Assembly (NCBI GenBank): GCA_951406725.2
Contig: OX597831.1
Location: 22,072,001-22,136,000, forward strand
DNA length: 64,000 nt
Direction of reading: 5' to 3'
Source of the DNA: Octopus vulgaris
Taxonomy: Eukaryota
A program made the position numbers and the translations under genes. Positions within the stretch are counted from its first letter, which is position 1. Every line of letters starts with the position of its first letter. Below, one piece after another: positions 1-13,435 of the stretch. A model generated the notes under the pieces. The model was not told the origin of the DNA, did not search any database, and saw only the letters and a list, made by a program, of their open reading frames with translations.

Positions 1-297
1 TTGAATTGCCCGTACAACTCGAGATATTGCGCACGACCTAATGCCTCGTCACCGTGAGCTTTCCAAAGCATGCTCGATGTCTCTGTAACAGACTTCCCGA
101 GTTTAACGCAAAATTTCACTTTGGCTCTTTTCTTCCTACTTCCTGTCTATGACAAAAATCGCCGACTACAACATATATGTGATAACAAAAACATAAATTT
201 TACAACTTGTGAGGTAAACACAGCGCTGTCACTCAACCGTGTGCTGTCATCTATTGGCGCGCTACAGAACTAGAAACGTTTTGATACACTTCGCGTG
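1..297 (-). mobile_element. Mariner transposon 5' remnant (N-terminal HTH region and probable TIR), continues off the window start
   Basis: Minus strand reads EKRAKVKFCVKLGKSVTETSSMLWKAHGDEALGRAQYLELYGQF, like the mariner N-terminus (QR..IKFC.KLGKS..ET..ML..AYG..AL.R..V.EW...F). A TIR-like end CACGCGAAGTGTATCAAAACGTTTC lies next to the (TA)n. Confidence 0.7.
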
Positions 298-299
298 TG

Positions 300-371
<72 letters not shown>

Positions 372-396
372 ATATGTATATATATATGTATGTATG

Positions 397-427
<31 letters not shown>

Positions 428-458
428 ATATGTATATATATATATATATATGTATGTA

Positions 459-495
<37 letters not shown>

Positions 496-625
496 CATAT
501 ATGTAGGTATATATATATATACATATATGTATATATATATATATATATAACAATATAATTTTAAAAAAACATATGCATATATACATACATATATGTACAT
601 ACTTACATCTATATGTATATATACA

Positions 626-693
<68 letters not shown>
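298..693. repeat. (TA)n/(TATG)n microsatellite block
   Basis: Direct reading. It is the source of the YIYI ORFs. Confidence 0.97.
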
Positions 694-697
<4 letters not shown>

Positions 698-1302
698 GTA
701 TTAATTTATAAAAATATGGTAAAGTAAAAAAATTAACTTTACCACACACCGAACTTTTCAGAAATAGCAGCCAAAAATTTGGCTATTTCTTCAACTGCAA
801 ATAAAAGTCTCCAGACAATGCATACTCAGAAAAATAACTCACATAGGTATAAGGGAAAAACAATGAAAGACCACATCCATATACGATACCCGAGGACAGT
901 CTGTTTCTGGATTTGTGGGTAAAACGCCACTTTTCCTTCATCAGCTCAGAGATTTCTTCTGATTTAGATTTGAAAATACTAAGAATCAAACATTCCCGTC
1001 CGATATCTGTAACATCGGACAAACCATGCCAGACACCCAGTACTAGCGAATCCAAAAATACGAATGAGATCTATTATTCTCCCTGTCCACCCACGTAAGT
1101 CATAGAGCATTACATTTCTACAGAGGTAAAAACTGCAGTTCAAATTCTTGGAGAGAAAGCATTATATTGTCATCAAAAAAGGGGTAGAATTAATTAATTG
1201 TTAATAAGTTCGACCAAGCAGTATTCGGTATGTAAAGACCATTTACGGTATATTTGAAGTATTAATTTATAAAAATATGGTAAAGTAAAAAAATTCACTT
1301 TA
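694..1302 (-). mobile_element. Non-autonomous Penelope-like element with ~48-bp direct terminal repeats, embedded in (TA)n
   Basis: TGAAGTATTAATTTATAAAAATATGGTAAAGTAAAAAAATT(a/c)ACTTTA occurs at 694-741 and 1255-1302. Internal hammerhead motif at 889-950. PLE assignment is inferred from the pLTR-like repeat plus ribozyme. Confidence 0.6.
889..950 (-). ncRNA. Type I hammerhead ribozyme motif
   Basis: Minus strand: UCUGAG CUGAUGA A GGA..GUGG/CCAC..UCC A GAAA CAGACUG UC^ CUCGGG. Both core boxes are intact, stem I is UCUGAG/CUCGGG, stem III is near-palindromic, and there is a GUC cleavage triplet. Confidence 0.65.
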
Positions 1303-1309
1303 TTTGATG

Positions 1310-1329
<20 letters not shown>

Positions 1330-1353
<24 letters not shown>

Positions 1354-1960
1354 TACAGGATACCACAAATAAACGGAGAACACAACGAGAAACGAAAACA
1401 TAAAATCAAACAAGGAAACAGACATTTTTTAACAACCAAAAAACAGAGTACAGGACAAACAATACAAGGAAAATTCCCCTTCATCAGCTGCCCCTGAGTC
1501 GACTCAATGCGTGTTTCGAAGGTAAGGGCAGAACACGGCCAGACCGAAACAATCCTTCCTGCAAAAGGAATTAAATAAAATTATTTTACAGAGGGGTAAA
1601 ACAAGTGACAAGAACAGGACGTAAAAGCAATACAAATGAAGAAAAAACAGTACAAATAAAGAATAACAGGACAAGGAAACCAACAATAAGGGGTTTTTTA
1701 TGCCTAGACGGTGGAAAAATTAGTTAGAACACATGTGAAAAATCGGCTTGCGAAAGACAGAGAAGTCGATGTATGCTTGTTGAAAGCACGAGCTGAAAGA
1801 AAGTTTTAGTAGCACTCCGGTCAACGGCCAGAGAGAGGTGGAGGAGGAGGAGGAGAGAGAGAGGAGGGAAAAGAAACCAGAAAGGGTGAAAAATAAGAAG
1901 GAGAGAGACAAGTAGAGAGGAAGACAGACAGGTAGGGAGGAAAGGTCAAGTAAAGAGTAA
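1330..1960. mobile_element. Unclassified interspersed repeat (related copies at ~7300-7845 and ~53155-53400)
   Basis: Shared blocks ACAA(C/T)GAGAAACGAAAACATAAA, GAGTACAGGACA, CAAGGAAAATTCCCCTTC(A/T)TCAG..TTTCGAAGGT, TTAAATAAAATT, then a GA-rich end. The 53155 copy is more diverged. Confidence 0.6.
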
Positions 1961-2449
1961 GAGTGCACACACACACACACACACACATGTGATAAAAAAA
2001 TAAAACATATATATATATATATATATATTATTATATGATATATAGACATATAGATAGAGGGGGGAGATACATATATATATATATATGGTTATATATATAT
2101 TTCCCCATATATTTACATACACACACACATGCCCACAATTTCGAGAGAGAGAGAGAGAGAGAGAGATAGTGGGGACATAAGTTGGTGGGGGCATAAGTCT
2201 AGAAAATGTATGCCAGTGATCAACTGGCACCTATTTTATCAACCCTGAAATGATGAAACGCAAAGTCAACCCCCAGCGACATTTGAACTCAGAACTAGAA
2301 CACGTTACTTAAACACTCGCTAAACAACCCGTGGACTAATTTACATATTAAATACATTCCTGGGCAACTAGTACGTACATGGCAACTGCTTGTATGGACC
2401 CCTCATTTCGTTTTACAACCGTAATATACTACCGTATATGTTGGTTTTA

Positions 2450-2860
2450 ATGTTTGGCACATGGCCAGTAATTTCGGAAAGGAGCAAGTCAATTACATAG
2501 ACTTCACAATCCAACTGGTGTTTATTTAATAGACCCTGAAAGGATAAAAGGAAAAGTCAACCCCGGATGCGTTTGAACTCGAAACGGACGAAATGCCGCT
2601 ACACACTTTTTCCTCGGCGTGCTAACGATTCTTATTTATTTACTTCTCACAAGAGGCTAAACACAGAGGGGACAAACAAGGACAGACAAAAGGATTAAGC
2701 CGATTACATCGACTCCAGTGCGTAACTGGTACTTAATATATCGACTCTGAAAGGATGAAAGGCAAAGTCGACCTCGGCGGAATTTGAACTCAGTACGTAA
2801 CGGCAGACGAAACACGGCTAAACATTTCGCCCGGCGTGCTAACGATTCTGCCAGCTCGCA
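2450..2860 (-). mobile_element. SINE family A, two head-to-tail copies
   Basis: Reverse complement of GAGCTGGCAGAATCGTTAGCACG (A box)..GAGTTCAAATTCC (B box)..GCCTTTCATCCTTTC..GTCGAT. A degenerate copy lies at ~2190-2300. Confidence 0.85.
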
Positions 2861-3459
2861 GCGTTTCCACACTCACAAACACATATATACATTCTTTAAT
2901 GTATATACGTAGCGTGACTTTATAATAACTACGTGAGTATTTGCGAATGTAAATATGACTTTAAGTTCTTTTATCGTTTCTGCAAATAACTAATATATTG
3001 CAAGACTAATAGATTTGATAGAATATCAATTTGAAGAGTAATATTAAGTTATTAAATGAAAAAAACTTAAATTTATCATTTGAGGGTCATTAAAATATTT
3101 ATTAAATTTGTTCTTGGAATTAGAGGGGTATCTCTAATTATTCAACTCAAGTGATCAATAACAATACTAACAAATAGATGTAGGTATGTATGGTTATATA
3201 ATCATATACGTTACACGCACAAACATATTTGTGAATGTATGTATATGTATATATATGTATATGTGTATGTATATATATATATATATATATATGCACTCAC
3301 ATACATATAAAAGTTGGTATGCATGCGCTTATATACATACATACACACACACATATATACATAGAGACAGACAGAGACAGAGAAACAGACAGAGACAGAC
3401 AGAGTGAGAGAGTGAATGAAAGGAGGGGAAGACAGGTTTAGATAGATAGATAGACAAAT

Positions 3460-3490
<31 letters not shown>

Positions 3491-3495
3491 GCCAG

Positions 3496-3575
<80 letters not shown>

Positions 3576-3702
3576 GATAGATATGTAAAAACGGAAACAG
3601 ACGGCCAATAAAACTGCTACCTGGCCAGATGACGAAACAATGAACAGGAAGAGCGATGTATGTGTAAGTGTGTGTAAGTGTGTGTATAGATATATGCATA
3701 AA

Positions 3703-3853
3703 CGAATACTTAACTACATATATATTGACGTATATATTACACATATATACACATATACACATATATATACAATAAAAACGAATACTTAACTACATATATT
3801 TTGACGTATATATTACACATATATACACATATACACATATATATACAATAAAA
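3703..3853. repeat. ~76-bp tandem duplication
   Basis: ACGAATACTTAACTACATATAT.TTGACGTATATATTACACATATATACACATATACACATATATATACAATAAAA occurs twice in succession. Confidence 0.85.
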
Positions 3854-4510
3854 ACAAACAACTGTGTGTTTATGTGTGTGTGTGTGTTTGTGTGTTTGTG
3901 TGTGAGTGTGTGTGTGCATAAATCAGAATACCACCAAAATCAATGTGGAATTAAATATACATCAACACCGAAGGAAAGCGAGATGTGTATTTGATCATTG
4001 ATTATGTAACCATTCCTTATCTCTACGATTAACAAAGAAGGTTTGCTAGCGATAAGAAAACGTGTTTTTAAGGCCACGTACAGTGTCTCAGTTGCTACAG
4101 ATCAATAAAGCATTATGTTGGATATTATTAAATAAAGATTGCGCGAATGTATTCTGAAATATGATACAATGGGTAATGTGGATTAAGTTAGGAGTGAATG
4201 CAATACAGTGGAAATAAGGAAATTAGATAATGTAAAATGAAGAAATATTATATGACGAAATATGGGGAAAAATTGATAAGAGTAAATGGACATGGGAGAC
4301 GCATTACATACACACACACATACATATATGCATACACATACTCACATATATATATATACACATATTTACACAACCATATATACATATACGTATACACACA
4401 CAATTACACAGCCGTATGTACACATATACATACATACACAGATGCACACTAGCATAAGCATAAACATACACAAATACACATCTACAGGCATATACGCTCA
4501 TATAAATACT

Positions 4511-4553
<43 letters not shown>

Positions 4554-4647
4554 GCATATATATACATACGTACATACATACATACATACATACGTACATA
4601 CTTACATGACCACTCATAAATTCATATATATGCATATACGCGCATAT

Positions 4648-4682
<35 letters not shown>

Positions 4683-5059
4683 CACATACACACATACATC
4701 CATGCACGCGCAGACCCGCATATACGCATACATACCCGCATAGACGTTGATGATGATGATGATGCGGAGGAGGAGGAGGAGGATGGCGGCGGGGACTGTC
4801 CACTCGTAACCAAGGAAGATCATCACTAACCACTGTCCATACAAATACCAGCAATACACTCGCATCAGCTTATGGCACCAGCAGTCGGCTTCATCCGGGT
4901 TCGCACTCGCGGCTTCCATCGTCATTGCGGCACCCTCCTGCTCGACCAGTATTGTACAACCTAAACTTTTAGATATAATTAACACTTGCACAGCACAGCA
5001 AATACCGTCTCCACCCTACTGATCTGAAACAGAGACAAGGCAAGATATTCAGTGCAAAT

Positions 5060-5205
5060 ATGGGTCGAGTGTCGAAGTGATCGTAGAGCAACGTCAAATG
5101 AAATCTTTTTCTCAAGAACACAACCGACCACCCGACCTAGGAATTGAAATCACGATCTGGCGATCGTGAGAGCAATACCCTAACCACTAAACCATTGCGC
5201 TTTCA
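5060..5205 (-). mobile_element. tRNA-headed SINE family D, 5' fragment (related copies 38530-38825, ~42400-42495)
   Basis: Reverse strand has an A-box-like TGGTTTAGTGGTTAGGG and B-box-like GATTTCAATTCC, followed by TGTGTTCTTGAGAAAA (CORE-like). Confidence 0.6.
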
Positions 5206-5209
5206 TATA

Positions 5210-5306
<97 letters not shown>

Positions 5307-5431
5307 TTGTTGTGCAAGACTTTTTATGTGAAATCGTGTGTTTGAAACAGATATTGCCAGTTTAACCAAACATACAAAATGGCTGACGGTTAGTAAGGAG
5401 AGACACAAATAAGAAAGAAGAAAACAAAGGA

Positions 5432-5471
5432 CCACTGATGCGGTCACAGGAGTGTGACGAAAGAACTCTGG
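5432..5471 (+). ncRNA. Minimal hammerhead-like motif (variant core)
   Basis: CCA CUGAUGC G GUCAC aggagu GUGAC GAAA GAAC UC^ UGG. Stems I and II pair. The core has one deviation (A9 to C). Confidence 0.45.
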
Positions 5472-5535
5472 CCGAAATAAGATTAAGATTAATGTAAAAA
5501 TTAAATAACACTGAAGCAAAGTAACACCAAATATA

Positions 5536-5768
5536 TATTTCTTTACTACCCACAAGGGGCTAAACATAGAGGGGACAAACAAGGGCAGACAAAGGGATTA
5601 CGTCGATTACATCGACCCCCAGTGCGTAACTGGTACTTGATTTATCGACCCCGAAAGGATGAAAGGCAAAGTCGACCTCAGCGGAATTTGAACTCACAAC
5701 GTAACGACAGACGAAATACGGCTACGCATTTCGCCCGGCGCGCTAACGTTTCTGCCAGCTCGCCGCCT
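5536..5768 (-). mobile_element. SINE family A, full length
   Basis: Complete reverse copy from GGCGGCGAGCTGGCAG to ..GGGTAGTAAAGAAATA. Confidence 0.92.
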
Positions 5769-5862
5769 TTTAACACCAAATATATAGTGCGTGTGATTTT
5801 ATTGGCTAAACTGGCAAAATAACCATTCCGAAATATAAATATATATATATATATATATATAC

Positions 5863-7140
5863 ATGCAATTCAATGCAGGGAAGTCCCAAGCCCTATACTA
5901 CGAGCACACAAAGCTGAACCACATGCAGACATCTTACACTGGCCTGGAACGAATTGCAATGCCAGAATCAAAATCAGTGCGTGGCCTGGGCATTGACATG
6001 AGCAATGATGCATCTTTCCTGGTGCATATTACTAGTTTGTTAATAGAATGCAGACAGCTGGGTGGCTAGCTGGATCCTCCGAACTTTCTAAGCGAGGGAA
6101 AGGGAAACTATAATGTTCATTTGAAGGGCATATATCCTCAACCACTTGGACTACTACTCCCAACTATGGTCACCAAACAGTATAAAATTAACGGCGGAAT
6201 TCGAAGCAATCCAACGAAGCTACACAAAGAAAATCGTCTCAGTGCCACGTATCAGCTACTAGGAAAGGCTGAAAGTGTTAAAACTCTTCTCCCTAGAAGG
6301 CTGAAGAGATATGCAGTGATACACATCCGGAAAATCCTGGAGGGCCCTGTACTAAACTTTAGCATTGAAAGCTGCACAAACAGTAGAACAGGGTGCCACT
6401 GCATAGTACCAAAGATCTCAGCATCACCATCAAATGGAAGCACTCCGTCAGTTACGACGATGAGGGTTCCGGTTGATCCGAATCAACGGAACAGCCTGCT
6501 CGTGCAATTAACGTGTAAGTGGCTGAGTACTCCACAGACACGTACACCCTTAACGTAGTTCTCGGGAATATTCAGCGTGACACAGAGAGTGACAAGGCCG
6601 GCCCCTTGAAATACAGGTACAAGAGAAACAGGAAGTAAGAGTGAGAGAAAGTTGTAGTGAAAGAGTACAGCAGGGATCACCACCAACCCCTGCTGGAGCC
6701 TCGTGGAGCTTTAGGTGTTTTCGCTCAATAAACACTCACAACGCCCGGTCTGGGAATCGAAACCGCGATCCTATGACCGCGAGTCCGCTGCCCAAACCAC
6801 TGGGCCATTGCGCCTCCACACCATCAAAATACAGCACCAGATACTGTAACAGCATATGTTTCAAGGACCCACAGCTCTTCAATATTTTTTCTCAAATGCC
6901 TGAGAGATCTCCTAGGAGGGGATGTAGGTATCTTCAAAACAAAACTGGACCTTCTGTCAAGGGCCCCAGATGAGCCAACCTAACGACAGAAAACACAGAT
7001 GAAGGCGACAGCATGAAACACCCTAATTCACCAAATGCTAGATATCGAAGGAGGTTTCAAATAATGGTGTAGCCAAGCCAACGGTAGTGCCCCAGCATGA
7101 CCGCAGCTTTAAAGCTGAAACACTTCAATGAATTAAAGAA
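5863..7140 (+). mobile_element. Degenerate 3' part of a CR1/L2-like LINE (ORF2 C-terminus and 3' UTR), interrupted by a SINE
   Basis: Frameshifted peptides MQFNAGK, GLGIDMSNDASF, WILRTF, HLDYYSQLWSP, EAIQRSYTKKI, ERLKVLKLFSLE, YCNSICFKDPQLFN, FKTKLD..PDEP. Confidence 0.8.
6435..6818 (-). mobile_element. tRNA-derived SINE family E, full length with 10-bp TSD
   Basis: Head TGGAGGCGCAATGGCCCAGTGG..GGTTTCGATTCCC. TSD CACCATCAAA at 6425-6434 and 6819-6828. Confidence 0.92.
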
Positions 7141-7299
7141 ATGTATATATATAAATGTGTGTGTATGCGTATGTATATATATATATACATACTTATGCGT
7201 ATGTATGTATATATAAATTAATAAAATAGAACATATGCATATATACATACATATATGTACTACCTACCTCTACATGTATATATACATGTATATATGGAT

Positions 7300-7845
7300 A
7301 CGGGACACCAAAAAAACGTCGAACACAATGAGAAACGAAAACATAAACACAAAATAAGGAAATGGACATTTTTCTTAAACAACGAAAAAATAGAGTACAG
7401 GACATACAATACAAGGAAAATTCCCCTTCTTCAGTCGTCTTTGTTTCATCTACTCCGCATTTCGAAGGTCAAGGCGAGACACGATTTTATTGAAACATTC
7501 CTTCCCGCGAAAAGCAAATTAAATAAAATTTGAGATTTTTTGCGGAGGAGTAAAAATGGTAACAAAAACAGGACATTAACGACAGTACAAAATATAAACA
7601 GTTAAAGACAGGACAGAGATAATAACAGTAACATAGACAAGAAGGGCTGTTAAGCCGAACGAGATAAAATATTACGAACGCTATTTTTGAGAACGGCGAA
7701 GGAGCCACAGAAAATGCCGTCTACACGTGAAGGAAGCGAGGTCAGAAAGACAGTAGCAGAGCTCTCGTCGCGAGTCAACGACGAGAGGGAGGAGGAGGAG
7801 CAAGAGAAAGGGAGAGAAAAAAAGGGAATGGTTGTAGAGAAAACC
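7300..7845. mobile_element. Second copy of the 1330-1960 repeat family
   Basis: Colinear similarity with 1330-1960. Confidence 0.6.
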
Positions 7846-8449
7846 ATATATCGGGCTTCTTTCGGTTTCCTTCTGTCAAATCTGCTCGTAGGTTTTTGAT
7901 CAGCACGGGAGCTATAGTAGAAGATACTTGCCCAAGATATTGCATAGAGAAATTAGATCCAATGCCACATGGTTGAGAAGCAAGCTTCTTACGTACACAC
8001 GTACACACACACACACACACACACGTACACACACGTACACACATGCACACACACACACATACATAGATACATACATACACATACGCACGCACTGCCAACT
8101 GACTGGACTGATCAGCTGCCTTTGAAACTGTGACATTTCGGTGACCACAGAATGACTGTAACCGGAGACTAAATCTAATGGAAGCAGGAAGCAGTCTTCT
8201 ATTTCTTTTGTCAAAGATGTTAACTGATTACTTGTGGGTGGATGCGGCGGCGGCGGAGACGGTGACGACGGCAGTGGCGGCGGTGGTGGTGCTGGTGCTG
8301 GCGATTTTGGTAATTTTTCAATTTTTAGTTGTGTTTAGCAGATCTCAGTGCTGGCCAATAAACATGATAAATAGTAGCAGACATACATTTATTAATATAT
8401 ATCTGTGTGTGTGTGTACGTGCGTGGGTAGGTATGCGCGTGCGCGTTTC

Positions 8450-9270
<821 letters not shown>

Positions 9271-10229
9271 TAGACACAACTAACAATTCGGCTTTTATTA
9301 AACTACTCAGGAATCAGGAAGGACAACCAACCGATGTTGTTCTGTGTGTAGTTCCTGCAAGACTGACCAAGCCGAATCATCCGATGTACAGATCGACTGT
9401 ATCCTTAGGGAGAAAAAAAAAAAAAAAGAAACACTATGCACAGATGATGGAGTGGGGGAAGGAGACACCACCTATGTTCCTGCAACATTTACGTTCGTTC
9501 CTTGTCTGTAGACATCTTGCTTGTCTTTCAATCAAATTATGTTTATTTTTTGCTTCTTAAGAAAATATATTGGAAAGGACATTTTTGTCCTGGAGTACAA
9601 TAAAGAAGAAAATAAAAAACTGTCTCGGACATGAAGAAACTGGTTGAAATAAGAAACACAAATAGACAACGCGAAACATGAACGAAATGCTCTCGTGTTA
9701 GTTTTTTTGCATTGTTCCAATGTGAATGGCCGACAGGCGGCGTTTCGGTGGAGGTGGTGTGGTGTAGTGTAAGGCGGCGGTGCAAGGCGAATGAGGAGGT
9801 AGTTTGTTTCTAAATTGGAAGAGAAGAAAGGCTCGTGGTGGCGGTGGTGGTGGTGGTGGTGGTGGTAGTAGTGGTGGTGGCGGTGGTAACGCTGGCGGTA
9901 GTACATGTGGTAGTACATGGGAAGCTGGCGGCGCAGCGGCGGTGGTGGTGGTGGTGTTTGCCGTAATGAGGTGACAATGTAATAACGTTTTGACAATTCG
10001 GTTAGCTGATGATAACTTAACTGTGACGATGTTGGGAGGGGCAGGATCGTTGTGGTGGGTGTTATGGCTATGGTGGTGGTGGTGGAATTGGTGGCGATGG
10101 TGGTAGTGGTGGCGGTGATGGTGGTGGTGGTGGTGGTAGTGATTGTGGTAGTGGTGGTGGAGGTGAAGAGTAAGTACATGTGATGATATCTATGTAGCTG
10201 TGTATATATTTATGCGTGTATGTGTGAGT

Positions 10230-11640
<1,411 letters not shown>

Positions 11641-12264
11641 TGAAATTAGGGAATCCAGCATTAACGAATCTGTTGAATGCAATAACGATACGACAGAAAA
11701 ATGAAAGAAAGGAAGAAATAAAGAACGAAGGAGGGAAATAACATGAAAGAAACGAATAATTTTGAATTGAGAATTAGCGGAATTGGTAAAAGGGGTGGGT
11801 GGGGTGAGAATGAAGAAATGCGAAAAATTTTTAAAGTTTTAAATTTTAGGAATGAGCAGACGAAATTACAATACGGTACCAAAAAAAAAAAAATGAAGGG
11901 AAAATGGAACGAAGCAGCTGAAGAATAAAAGAGAGCAAAGGAGTGAAACGGTAAATAATTGATGAATAAAAAAAAAAGTGGGAAAATAAAACGGAAATAA
12001 AATGTCGAAAGAAGAATCATAAAATGTTTATGGCGTCAGAACTTGATGAAAATAATTGAGATATTGTTTGTAGGTGGGGAAATTGGTTGATGGTAGATGT
12101 ACTTTTGGTATCTAGCAGGTGTAGTGGCGGTGCTGATGAGGTTGGTGGTGGTATTGGAATGGTTAGATAGGTAGCTAGAGAGAGAGGGAGAGAGAGAGAG
12201 TGGGAGAGAGGGATAGATAGATAGCTTGAAGGGAGTATGTATATATGTACGTATATATGTATAA

Positions 12265-12301
<37 letters not shown>

Positions 12302-12327
12302 CATACATATCTATCTATCTATATCTA

Positions 12328-12417
<90 letters not shown>

Positions 12418-12423
12418 GATATA

Positions 12424-12585
12424 GGGAGAGTTTACGAAGACAGGTGGTGTACAAAACAAACAGATGTATTAGTATAACGCTCAGGAATACAAAAAGTCTT
12501 TTACGTTTCGAGCCTACGCTCTTCTACAGAAAGGGACACAGAAAAAACAAGGAGAGAAAAAAATGTGTGTAGTGGCTAACGATAG
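12424..12585 (-). mobile_element. Short hammerhead-bearing repeat (second copy ~12958-13100), probably PLE-derived
   Basis: Both copies share TTTACG/ACAAAA..AAACAAC..CGCTCAGGAAT..TTTTAC(G/A)TTTCGAGCC.ACGCTCTTC.ACAGAAAGG.ACACAGAAA, and both directly follow (TA)n. Confidence 0.6.
12498..12533 (-). ncRNA. Minimal type I hammerhead motif (A6U core variant)
   Basis: CUUU CUGUAGA A GAGC guag GCUC GAAA CG UA^ AAAG. Stem I is CUUU/AAAG, stem II is GAGC/GCUC, and stem III is the palindrome ACGU. Confidence 0.6.
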
Positions 12586-12612
12586 ATATACAGTGATCCC
12601 TCGCAGTACGAG

Positions 12613-12659
<47 letters not shown>

Positions 12660-12666
12660 CTTGCTG

Positions 12667-12920
12667 CGAGTATAGATGGGCTGGACACGTCGCCCGGCTC
12701 ACCGATAATCGGTGGACGCACGCAGTTGTCGAGTGGTACCCGCGTGAGCGGAAAAGACCACCCGGAAGACCTCCACGACGGTGGAGTGACGATTTCAAGA
12801 GGACGATTGGGATCACGTGGATGAGAAAGGTGCGATCCAGAGAGGAGTGGACAGCGTGCTGTGACCAGCGGTGTCAAATGGACGCCTGACGGACTGGTCG
12901 GTTAAAGTGATAAAGTGATA
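12667..12920 (+). mobile_element. RTE-clade LINE 3' fragment
   Basis: RWAGHVARLTDNRWTHAVVEWYPRERKRPPGRPPRRWSDD..SREEW is a typical RTE ORF C-terminus. Short 3' UTR ends in a (TAAAGTGA) repeat. Confidence 0.88.
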
Positions 12921-13031
12921 TATATATACATACACATATATAAATATATATATATAGTTGGAATTTACACAAAAAAAAACAAAAGAGGAAGACGGCTGTG
13001 TAAACAACGAATGCTCGGGAAATCAGCAAGT

Positions 13032-13067
13032 ATTTTACATTTCGAGCCAACGCTCTTCAACAGAAAG
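13032..13067 (-). ncRNA. Second copy of the minimal hammerhead motif (decayed)
   Basis: CUUU CUGUUGA A GAGC guug GCUC GAAA UG UA AAAU. Confidence 0.5.
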
Positions 13068-13435
13068 GAACACAGAAATCAGCAGAGAGAGAAAATATAA
13101 AAAGGACAAAGTGTCCCCATTGAAATTAACTAAAATATAATTAATCCGTTCCAGCTCACCAAAAACCAATAAAAATTATTTTTCATGGGTTTTAAAGCAG
13201 AAAAGGTGCAGTTACAAGTAAATGACAATTATAAAAAAGAGAATGCAAAAAAGATATGTAAAATGGTTTTATTAACTGAATTACCTTAAAGATGGGACGA
13301 TTTGTGTGTTCGTACTGCAGATATTCGCTCGTACTTCAAGACAAAGATTCGCACGAGTCTCGGCTTGTGCAGCAAATTATTCGTACAATGCGTGCGCTCG
13401 TATTGCGAGGTTCTATCGTATAGTATATAAATGTG

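Noticed and set aside
783-1098. ORFs on both strands and a GTAAGT donor near 1095
   Set aside because: They lie inside a direct-repeat-bounded element and have no recognisable protein similarity.
9532-10179. 215-aa Thr/His/Pro-rich ORF
   Set aside because: Mostly degenerate (GGT)n, with no supported splice structure.
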